This document shows, piece after piece, positions 52,001-63,200 of a stretch of 64,000 bases of DNA. The position numbers and the translations under genes were made by a program. The stretch is from Macrostomum lignano. Lineage: Eukaryota. Positions within the stretch are counted from its first letter, which is position 1; each line of letters begins with the position of its first letter. A model generated the notes under the pieces. It was not told the origin of the DNA, searched no databases, and worked only from the letters and a program-made list of their open reading frames with translations. The stretch is taken from positions 1-64,000 of the forward strand of contig NIVC01001607.1 of assembly GCA_002269645.1 (NCBI GenBank). The letters run 5' to 3'.

Positions 52001-54102
52001 GAGATCCGCATCCTGGAGCAGCCGGACAGCGCCTTCGGTGGACCGTCCGCTCGGACTTCCGAGAGCAACCTGGTGATCATTGTTGCCATGGTGACGGTGA
52101 CGCTAGCCGTATCGCTGGTGCTGATCGGGGCGATCTTCTGTCTGAGGTGTCGCACCTGCGGTGGTCGAAGAAGACGGCGGAGAGGCAAGGTGAACAGGCA
52201 GCAGCAGCAGGAGCAGCAGCAGTTGCCCCTGACGCCGCCGCCGTCGCCGCCGCCACAGATGCCGCCGCCGCCGCTCCTGCTGGGCCCGTCAGCTGGCGAT
52301 TATTCACCGAACTGCGGCTACCACTGCGGTGAGTGCGGGGCACTGCCCGAGTGGCCTGACCAGCGCAAATTCAGCGGATTTTCCGCGGGGTTTCCGCGTT
52401 TTTTCTAGCTGATTATTCAGTATTTATAAAGTATTTCGATGATTTTTTAATTTCTCAAGATTCTTTGAGTCATCGCATTTGGGGATCTAAAAGAATACAT
52501 TCCTAAAGTAGAATATCAGAGTTGGCGCCATTTTACAATCCCATTAGTTGGCGCCATTTTACAATCTCATAGTTAGCGCCATTTTATAATCTCATAGTTG
52601 GCTTCATTTTACAATTTCATTAGTTGGCGCCATTTTACGATCTCATTAGTTGGCGCCATTTTACAATCTCAGATTAGCGCCATTTTACAATCTCAGATTA
52701 GCGCCATTTTACAATCTCAGATAAGCGCCATTTTACAATCTCAGATTAGCACCATTTTACAATCTCAGATTGGCGCCATTTTATAATCTCATAGCTGGCG
52801 CCATTTTACAATCTCATAGTTGGCGTCATTTTACAATCTCATTAGTTCGCGCCATTTTACAATCTCATTAGTTGGCGCCATTTTACAATCCCATTAGTTG
52901 GCGCCATTTTACAATCTCAGATTAGCGCCATTTTACAATCTCAGATTAGCGCCATTTTACAATCTCAGATTAGCGCCATTTTACAATCTCATAGTTGGCG
53001 TCATTTTACAATCTCATAGTTGGCGTCATTTTAAAATCTCATAGTTGGCGTCATTTTAAAATCTCATTAGCTGGCGCCATTTTACAATCTCATTAGTTGG
53101 CGCCATTTTACAATCTCAGATTGGCGCCATTTTACAATCTCATAGTTGGCGCCATTTTACAATCTCAGATTAGCGCCATTTTACAATCTCAGATTAGCGC
53201 CATTTTACAATCTCAGATTAGCGCCATTTTACAATCTCAGATTGGCGCCATTTTAAAATCTCATAGTTGGCGTCATTTTAAAATCTCATAAGCTGGCGCC
53301 ATTTTACAATCTCATTAGTTGGCGCCTTTTTACAATCTCATAGTTGGCGCCATTTTTTTAATCTCATAGTTGGCGCCATTTTACAATCCCATTAGTTGGC
53401 GTCATTTTACAATCCCATTAGTTGGCGTCATTTTACAATCACATTAGTTGGCGCCATTTTATAATCTCATAGTTTGCGCCAGTCTACCATCGCAGATTTG
53501 CGCCATTTTACAATATCGTAGTTGGCGCGAGTTTGCAATATCAGATTTTAGCGCATCAAAAGGCTCAGCTGATGCAGTCCCTCATTAGCTCGCAGCCCTG
53601 TCCGGGAACCAGTACATCGGCACACCCCATGCTTTTGATTTGTTTCTTCAGCTGCCGCTGTCAGCGTCTGGCCCTCCTGGTGGGCCTCCTTTGTTCCACC
53701 CAAGGATCGTCTGGTTTCTCCTCATTTAGGGAGCGGGACCCACCTTCTTAGAGAAATTTCCCAACCCACCAGTCTAGGGAGTGTTTGTGCACCTGCCGCT
53801 GAAGCCAGCGCTCCCGCAACGAGTGTTGGAAGCCACTAAAGCTTTTTTGAGCTAACTGCTTAGAACCCCAGGACTGCTCACGCAAGTTGCTGGGAAGCGG
53901 TTGAAAAAAAGTTTCAATACTGAGCAAACCGGGCAAGGATTTGAGCAGTTTTATTTCCGATTGCCGGCGAGCTCCTGGGAATTCCAGCCTGCTGCGGTCA
54001 CTTTGCTCATTTCGGAATTTCTGATTTTTTATTGTGAAAAAACTCGCATAAACAGATAGATAGATAGATAGATAGATAGTTAGAAAGATAGATAGATAGA
54101 TG

Positions 54103-54144
<42 letters not shown>

Positions 54145-57100
54145 CAGATAGATAGATAGATAGATGAACAGCAGACACTAATTAAACCAGTGAAAACACC
54201 TGTAACCGCTTCCTGACTCAGCCACTGACAGATGAAGGGAATGTGCGGTGACAATTAAACACACCTGCCCTCAGCTGTCACACAGATATTTATATTAGAT
54301 ATTTTGTCATTTCCAATAAGCCCATGCCCCTCAATAAACCCCATTGTTTAAAGGCTCATCTTCCGCACACTAGCCAGCACTCTATTGTTTTTTCTTTCAA
54401 AAGTGACTGACACAACCCGCCTGACAACAAAATCACGGTGTTGACGAAGTGCCTCTAAAAATTTTTTATACGTAATAAGCCTCTTCACCTTGGCAACTGT
54501 CGTTCCCAACCCACTGGTGTCGGCGCCTGTTTGAGCTGAGCATTGAGTTTCTCAATCTCTCCGAGCTTCGTTCGAGGCCACTTCAAATTTGGCTTCTCCT
54601 CGACCGGCTCAAAATTCAACAATAGTGAAGAAGCTTGTTGCGTCACCGCTCCGGGGCCGACTTTTGCCGGTGCGGCCTGTTTGAAGAGACAGACGGAGAG
54701 GTGGGGCATCAAATTTCGAGCTGGAATATCAGAGTCTGTCTAAGCTGCCTCGCTCCAAACGCACTGACTGACTGGGCGGGACAGACACTTTTATTAACTG
54801 CCTGTCAGATCAGATAATTGTCAGTCTTCAACACGTGCCTATAGCTATATTGTCGAAATCAGTTCGTTATGTGCTATAGAGAATCGATTTTATAAATGCG
54901 TAGTTTATTTCGGATACTTTGTGACATCTTCCCCTCCTTCCTGCTCTCCTCTTTTTGTGCTTTTCTCTTCCCGTATGTCTTTGATCTTCTCTCTATTCTA
55001 TCTCTCCACTCTCCACTCTCCTCTACCCGCTCTCCACTCTCCCTTCTCCACTCTCCTCTACCCGCTCTCCACTCTCCCCTCTCCACTCTCCTCTACCCGC
55101 TCTCCACTCTCCCCTCTCCACTCTCCCCTCTCCCCTCTCCCTCTCCTCTACCCGCTCTCCACTCTCCCCTCTCCACTCTCCACTCTCCTCTACCCGCTCT
55201 CCACTCTCCCCTCTCCACTCTCCCCTCTCCCCTCTCCCTCTCCTCTACCCGCTCTCCACTCTCCCCTCTCCACTCTCCACTCTCCTCTACCCGCTCTCCA
55301 CTCTCCCTTCTCCACTCTCCTCTACCCGCTCTCCACTCTCCCCTCTCCACTCTCCTCTACCCGCTCTCCACTCTCCCCTCTCCACTCTCCCCTCTCCCCT
55401 CTCCCTCTCCTCTACCCGCTCTCCACTCTCCCCTCTCCACTCTCCCCTCTCCTCTACCCGCTCTCCACTCTCCCCTCTCCACTCTCCCCTCTCCTCTACC
55501 CGCTCTCCACTCTCCCCTCTCCCCTCTCCACTCTCCGCTCTCCCCTCTCCCCTCTCCTCTACCCGCTCTCCACTCTCCCCTCTCCCCTCTCCCCTCTCCT
55601 CTACCCGCTCTCCACTCTCCGCTCTCCCCTCTCCCCTCTCCTCTACCCGCTCTCCACTCTCCCTTCTCCACTCTCCTCTACCCGCTCTCCACTCTCCCCT
55701 CTCCCTCTCCTCTACCCGCTCTCCACTCTCCCCTCTCCACTCTCCCCTCTCCTCTACCCGCTCTCCACTCTCCCCTCTCCACTCTCCCCTCTCCTCTACC
55801 CGCTCTCCACTCTCCCCTCTCCCCTCTCCCCTCTCCTCTACCCGCTCTCCACTCTCCCCTCTCCCTCTCCTCTACCCGCTCTCCACTCTCCCCTCTCCAC
55901 TCTCCCCTCTCCTCTACCCGCTCTCCACTCTCCCCTTTCCCCTCTCCCCTCTCCTCTACCCGCTCTCCACTCTCCACTCTCCACTCTCCACTCTCCTCTA
56001 CCCGCTCTCCACTCTCCCCTCTTCACTCTCCAACAGCACATCCTTAGCAGGGCTCGTCTCTACAGCACCACCAAAAAACCACCTATTTCCAGACTCAGCG
56101 GTGCGGCCCGACCCGATGGCCGACAGCCGCTACCAAGTGCAGTTGCCGCTCAGCCCGCTGGACAGCGAGGCCACCGTCAGGAGGGTCGCCTTCACCGGCA
56201 GTGAGGTGAGAAATGTCTCTTGGTGATCAACAGGTATTTTGGGCTGTTTTATAAGAATCAGCAAACCCATGAGACTGTTTCAACCTTGTTGTCAACCGAG
56301 ATTGCAGGCGAGGCTCTTAGACAGTGTGCGGCGCATCACTTTAGGAAAGAAATATTTTACAATTCGCTGCAAACTGCCTTTATGACTCACTGGCGAGTTG
56401 TGGCAGGCTGGAGCAAATTCCGACTCAGTGTAGATCAAAGAGCTCGCGGGTTTCTTTTTAAAAGTCAATGCCTTGGGAACACAGTCGTCTTTTTTAGAAG
56501 TAAAAACTTCACAGATGCGTCAGAAACGACGCGGGTCATTAGCGGGGGGTGATGCTTCCCGACTCTCGCTACGCATCCTTACTCTCTTTAGGTAAATTCC
56601 CGTTTTTAATCTTCTGAGTTGTGTCAAATACGGTTCTCTAGGTCTGGATTATGGAATTACCCGAATCCAATCACCTCAGTTGAACTCGCATCAATGATGA
56701 CTCTTTTCTAGGAAATGAAAATAACTCTCAGCAAATTATTGATGACCGCAGTCTGAAGTCTTCACATCGCCCCCTTTCTTCCTGCCTCGCTCCCTGCCTC
56801 ACTCCCTGCCTCACTCCCTGCCTCACTCCCTGCCTCACTCCCTGCCTCACTCCCTGCCTCACTCCCTGCCTCACTCCCTGCCTCACTCCCTGCCTCACTC
56901 CCTGCCTCACTCCCTGCCTCACTCCCTGCCTCACTCCCTGCCTCACTCCCTGCCTCACTCCCTGCCTCACTCCCTGCCTCACTCCCTGCCTCACTCCCTG
57001 CCTCACTCCCTGCCTCACTCTCTGCTTCACTCCCTGCCTCACTCCCTGCCTCACTCCCTGCCTCACTCCCTGCCTCACTCCCTGCCTCACTCCCTGCCTC

Positions 57101-57886
57101 ACTCCCTCTGAAGGCTCTAAGTCCTCTCCTGATGTCACAAGACACAAGAAGATGCAGCTCGCAAACTTCTTGAAAACTTCTTCGCCCTCTCTCTGACTCT
57201 CCGTATCTGTCAAATTACAAGCTGCAGGATTTGCGAAACAGAAGCTCGGGACGCCGGCAGATTAAGGTGATAGAACTAAAAAGCAGTAGAACAAAATTTC
57301 TAGCAAAGCCGAAGAACAAGAAGAAGAAGACTGAGTAGTGAGCGAAACGCGCTCAAGCAATGGACGAACGGATGGACTGGCGCAAATGAATGAATGGATT
57401 TTGTCTCTCAGAACCCCGGACGTCTTAATCCGTCCGCCCCTGTCGTTTCCCTAATTAGCAAAATCCCTCATCTGCCTGCAGCGCTGCCCATTTCCTATAT
57501 TTCTACGCTATCAATTCGTGCCCCTGTCTAACCTAGCCGCTATTCTGTTGCAGGGGAAAATTCTGCTAGATGACGCCGAGAGTCTGGACAGCGGCAAAGG
57601 CTGCAGCAGCGACAACGGCAGCAGATCAATGAAGGCCGCTAAAGGTAATTAAAAAATTTACCTTTTTGGCTGGTTTTTTCTTTCTCAGATTTGTATATTA
57701 CTTATAGCAATAGAGTGGTGACATCATAGAAATTTTACTTCCTGTCAAATTAGTTTAGGGGAAGACACTGGGGTAAGTACAGGGAGAGAGAGAAGGGGTG
57801 GTGGGTGGGTGCAGTAAGTACAATGAGAGAGAGAAGAGGTGGGTGTGCTAAGTACAGGGAGAGAGAGAAGGGGTGGGTGGGGTAAG

Positions 57887-57939
<53 letters not shown>

Positions 57940-59239
57940 GGTGGGTGTAGTAAGTACAGAGAGAGAGAAGGGGTGGGTGTGGTAAGTACAGAGAGAGAGA
58001 AGGGTGGGTGTGGTAAGTACAGAGAGAGAAGGGGTGGGTGTGGTAATTACAGAGAGAGAGAAGGGGTGGGTGTGGTAAGTGCAGAGAGAGAGAGAAGGGG
58101 TGGGTGTAGTAAGTACAGAGAGAGAGAAGGGGTGGGTTGGGTAAGTACAGGGAGAGAGAAGGGGTGGGTGTGGTAAGTACAGAGAGAGAAGGGGTGGGTG
58201 TAGTAAGTACAGAGAGAGAGAAGGGGTGGGTGTGGTAAGTACAGAGAGAGAATGGGTGGGTGTGGTAAGTACAGAGGGAGAGAAGGGGTGGGTGTGGTAA
58301 GTACAGGGAGAGAGAAGGGGTGGGTGTGGTAAGTAGAAGGAGAGATTTTAATCAACAAGTAAAAAATGGCTTGCACTAACACGTTAGTTGAATAGATTTT
58401 ATCTGAATGAGACAAGTTGGTATAATGCGAGTACAGCGGATCTACTCAAAGTCCCACTCGACATCAAATATTCTGCCCAGAAGCGGTGCAATAAATAGCT
58501 GAACTTTTCTGTCGCCCAGATATTTATAGCTCCGATGCTTTTGCACGAATGAACTCAAAAATAATTTGTTTTATTGAATTTCACGATACAATCTCTTAGC
58601 TGACTTCCACGCCACACTGGGCATCGATGGGAAACATCTGCGAGCAGCTCAGCACCATCAGTACCAGCCGCTGCCGCCGCCACCGCTGTCGCACCAGGCT
58701 CCACCTCAATACCAATCGGTTCAGCAGCAGCAGCCAGTGCTGAGCACATTCAGGTACAGCGTGTCGCATGACCCCATGGCAACTATGCCGCGACGCCAGC
58801 ATCCGGATTCTGGTCGGTAAGAAACATCCTTAAGCTAGCTGGTTGGTTGGTCAGACCGAGTGAGTTTAGCTGGTGAGTTTAGCGATTAACGCACTCGAGG
58901 GCCAATACCAGGGCATGAGGTTATGATTGAGGCCTGCTTGTGTGCTCAGGGGGCAGCGGGAATGTGCATGACTGCTTGCCACCCCCAAACTGTTCTTTCT
59001 GACTAACTAGTAGGCAACCTCGACTCCCCAAACCCAGCCCCCCGGCCGCGGTGCACTTCCAGCAGCACTCTCACGACTCATCGACCAGCACCGGCCGTCG
59101 GCAAGGCGCTGTGGTTACCTTCAGTGCGGGCCCGACAGAGGCCAGCAGCATGAGACTGCTGCCGAGCAACAAGCAGCAGGTGTCGACAGCCGCAGCCGAT
59201 GGTCGAAATTCGCGATCACAGAACAGCAGCTTCGTCTAG
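49027..59239 (+). CDS. Protocadherin with 7 extracellular cadherin repeats (delta1-like), about 1133 aa, 6 exons
   Basis: Exons 49027-51117, 51665-52328, 56093-56205, 57554-57644, 58600-58816 and 59014-59239 total 3402 nt with consistent phases (0,1,0,1,2). Features: signal peptide MKQLCIAISIAATFSAASA; six DxNDN-type linkers giving 7 EC repeats; DRE motifs; Cys-rich EC1; TM LVIIVAMVTVTLAVSLVLIGAIFCL; tail with RRVAF and DSGKG; ends SSFV*. AATAAA at 59723. Confidence 0.9.
51118..51610 (+). repeat. G-rich (GGGATTGGGGT)n repeat filling protocadherin intron 1
   Basis: Starts at the GT donor 51118; the intron ends at CAG 51664. Confidence 0.93.
52520..53530. repeat. 24-26-bp minisatellite (GGCGCCATTTT core) in protocadherin intron 2
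   Basis: Unit TTGGCGCCATTTTACAATCTCATAG and variants. Confidence 0.95.
54055..54165. repeat. (GATA)n microsatellite
   Basis: Directly visible. Confidence 0.95.
54990..56030. repeat. Complex pyrimidine-rich repeat (CTCTCC/CTACCCG units) in protocadherin intron 2
   Basis: About 1 kb of CTCTCCACT/CTCCTCTACCCG units. Confidence 0.95.
56780..57105. repeat. 12-bp repeat (CACTCCCTGCCT)n in protocadherin intron 3
   Basis: Directly visible. Confidence 0.97.
57770..58345 (+). repeat. ~31-bp repeat containing GTAAGT in protocadherin intron 4
   Basis: Unit GGTAAGTACAGAGAGAGAGAAGGGGTGGGTGT; about 15 GTAAGT copies. Confidence 0.93.
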
Positions 59240-60292
59240 TGCGAGAATTCTCTTTCCTATCGATCAGCAATCCGACTTTGCCTGCTTGACTTTCTTTGTG
59301 ATCCTTGAATTTGATCGATACATGTATAATGAAATAATCATAGGCCTGTTTACAGGTGTTTCACTTGACTTAACTGGAGAATCTGTCCACTGTCTGTCTA
59401 CTTATAAATGTGCGTTATTGCGCGCTAAGCCGTTGTTGTCCTACTGAGAAGTAGTATTATGCGATAGTGCTTGCTTTTATGTTCATTTGTCCTAATTCTG
59501 TTCTCAAATTAGTTCACCACAAATGCTTTTTATAGTTGTTTTAAATAGCTTTTTAATCGAACTTATTTGCCGTTGTTTTGCTTAGTAACATCTGTGTCTC
59601 TATGCATCAGTTCACAACAATCAAAGTCACTCAATTCCGACCGTCGATGTTTCGATAAAATCTATGAAATCCGTTCGTTCAGAAATGATTTTACAACCGC
59701 TTTGATTTTTGGTCCGCTGCAGAATAAATGCGTGTAGAAATGATTCCGGCGCTCTTGTGCATTAAAATGTGTTCGTACTCTCTAGCCTTCATTCCTTACT
59801 GCTGAAGTTTTACACAGTTATTTGACCACTGGATACCTTGCACCACTCAAGTTTCACAGGGTTTTACCAGGTAAATTGCTGTCTCGGATGCGTTTGCCGC
59901 TACCGGTGGTCAAAACTGAATCAGATAAATAATCCAACTTTAGCGTCTTTAAAGAATGTATTCTAAAAGATTGCAGTCATAAGGAGTTTTGTTTAAATTT
60001 AAATTAGCTGACCATCACTGAATTTGTTTAGCACAAGTTGATGTCCTAGTGCAGTGATAAAACCCTATGTGCGTAGGTGTTAGTGTAAGATGTTGCGGGC
60101 GTATCCGATTGTTTAGATTCTGCAATTAGCTCGTAGATGCGCACTCAGAGTGTCCACAGTTATCTTGAATCTGGTATTGAACATTTTTATACGGCTGAAA
60201 TTTCTGCTAACTTATATACACCAAATTCACCATCGAAATGGCAGGCGTGAATTTGACTTGAACCTCCATTTTAGTTAGTGAGCGACTGCACA

Positions 60293-63200
60293 ATGCAGTT
60301 CAATTTTCGTGCAGCACTGCTTTGGATCAGTGCTTTTGCAGCTTTCATTTGGCCAGCCACTTCGCTTCTTGTGATGGACAGTACAGTAGCATCTGACAAT
60401 CGAATAGTCTCGTCAAACTCTAAGAATGTAACAATAATGACTGACAGCACAAGACCAGAATCTAAAGCTACGAAGATAGATTCGGACGTCACTCAGAGCA
60501 CTGAAGCTTTCACAGCTGACCTAAAGACCGACACGGACGTCACTCAGAGCACTGAAGCTTTCACAGCTGACCTGAAGACCGACACGGACGTCACTCGGAG
60601 CATTGAAGCTTCCATTGAAGCTATGAAGACAGACATGGACGTCACTCGAAGCATTGAAGCTTCCACAGCTGACAAGAAGACAGACACAGACGACGTCACT
60701 CGGAGCATTGAAGCTTCCACTGAAGCTACGAAGACAGACACGGACGTCACTCGGAGCATTGAAGCTTCCACTGAAGCTACGAAGACAGACACGGACGTCA
60801 CTCGGAACATTGAAGCTTCCACTGAAGCTACGAAGACAGACACGGACGTCACTCGGAGCATTGAAGCTTCCACTGAAGCTACGAAGACCGACACGGAAGT
60901 CACTCGGAGCATTGAAGCTTCCACTGAAGCTACGAAGACAGACACGGACGTCACTCGGAGCATTGAAGCTTCCACTGAAGCTACGAAGACAGACACGGAC
61001 GTCACTCGGAACATTGAAGCTTCCACTGAAGCTACGAAGACAGACACGGACGTCACTCGGAGCACTGAAGCTTCCACTGAAGCTACGAAGACCGACACGG
61101 AAGTCACTCGGAGCATTGAAGCTTCCACTGAAGCTACGAAGACAGACACGGACGTCACTCGGAGCATTGAAGCTTCCACTGAAGCTACGAAGACAGACAC
61201 GGACGTCACTCGGAGCATTGAAGCTTCCACTGAAGCTACGAATACAGACACGGAAGTCACTCGGAGCATTGAAGCTTCCACTGAAGCTACGAATACAGAC
61301 ACGGACGTCACTCGGAGCATTGAAGCTTCCACTGAAGCTACGAATACAGACACGGACGTCACTCGGAGCATTGAAGCTTCTACTGAAGCTACGAAGACCG
61401 ACACGGAAGTCACTCGGAGCATTGAAGCTTCCACTGAAGCTACGAAGACCGACACGGAAGTCACTCGGAGCATTGAAGCTTCTACTGAAGCTACGAAGAC
61501 CAACACGGAAGTCACTCGGAGCATTGAAGCTTCCACTGAAGCTACGAAGACAGACACGGACGTCACTCGGAGCATTGAAGCTTCCACTGAAGCTACGAAG
61601 ACCGACACGGAAGTCACTCGGAGCATTGAAGCTTCCACTGAAGCTACGAAGACAGACACAGACGACGTCACTCGGAGCACTGAAGCTTCCACTGAAGCTA
61701 CGAAGACAGACACAGACGACGTCATTCGGAGCACTGAAGCTTCCACTGAAGCTACGAAGACAGACACAGACGACGTCACTCGGAGCACTGAAGCTTCCAC
61801 TGAAGCTACGAAGACAGACACGGACGTCACTCGGAGCATTGAAGCTTCTACTGAAGCTACGAAGACCGACACGGAAGTCACTCGGAGCATTGAAGCTTCC
61901 ACTGAAGCTACGAAGACCGACACGGAAGTCACTCGGAGCATTGAAGCTTCTACTGAAGCTACGAAGACCAACACGGAAGTCACTCGGAGCATTGAAGCTT
62001 CCACTGAAGCTACGAAGACAGACACGGACGTCACTCGGAGCATTGAAGCTTCCACTGAAGCTACGAAGACCGACACGGAAGTCACTCGGAGCATTGAAGC
62101 TTCCACTGAAGCTACGAAGACAGACACAGACGACGTCACTCGGAGCACTGAAGCTTCCACTGAAGCTACGAAGACAGACACAGACGACGTCATTCGGAGC
62201 ACTGAAGCTTCCACTGAAGCTACGAAGACAGACACAGACGACGTCACTCGGAGCACTGAAGCTTCCACTGAAGCTACGAAGACAGACACAGACGACGTCA
62301 CTCGGAGCACTGAAGCTTCCACAGCTGACCTGAAGACGGACACGGCGTCGGAGAAGCAAAAAGAGTATTTTACATCCCCAGTCGGAAAAATGGCTGTAGA
62401 AGACGATAAAATTGTGCCCACATCGGATGCAATAGTTGACAGGAGCAGAAACACAAGCACTTCTAAAGTGGGCAGAAAAACGAATTCACGAAATTCTCGA
62501 TTTTTCGGAGAAGATATTAACCTATGGCTCTCAACAAGCTCTACTAGCACTCCATCGCAGACAAGTTCGACTGTTATTTCAATTCAAACGAGCTCTACAA
62601 GAGAGAGTCCGACTCCGATTCAAACTCAGTCAGTCTCGCCCATCTCCACGGCTAAGACAACCTCGACGACTGTCACTCCGTCTCAGACAAACTCAACCAT
62701 CACTCCGTCTCAGACAAACTCCACCATCACTCCGTCTCTAACAAACTCAACCATCACTCCACCTCTAACAAACTCAACCATCACTCCGTCTCAGACAAAC
62801 TCAACGATCACTCCGCCTCTAACAAACTCAACCATCACTCCGTCTCTAACAAACTCAACCATCACTCCGTCTCAGACAAACTCCACCATCACTCCGTCTC
62901 TAACAAACTCAACCATCACTCCACCTCTAACAAACTCAACCATCACTCCGTCTCAGACAAACTCAACCATCACTCCGCCTCTAACAAACTCAACCATCAC
63001 TCCGTCTCAGACAAACTCAACCATCACTCCGTCTCAGACAAACTCAACCATCACTCCGTCTCAGACAAACTCAACCATCACTCCGTCTCAGACAAACTCA
63101 ACCATCACTCCGTCTCAGACAAACTCAACCATCACTCCGTCTCTAAAAAACTCAACTATCACTCCGTCTCTAACAAACTCAACCACCACTCCGTCTCTAA

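Noticed and set aside
60521-62550. 612-aa, 668-aa and 559-aa ORFs over the 51-bp repeat
   Set aside because: Only the frame starting at 60293 has a signal peptide, continues through the second repeat and splices to a TM exon.
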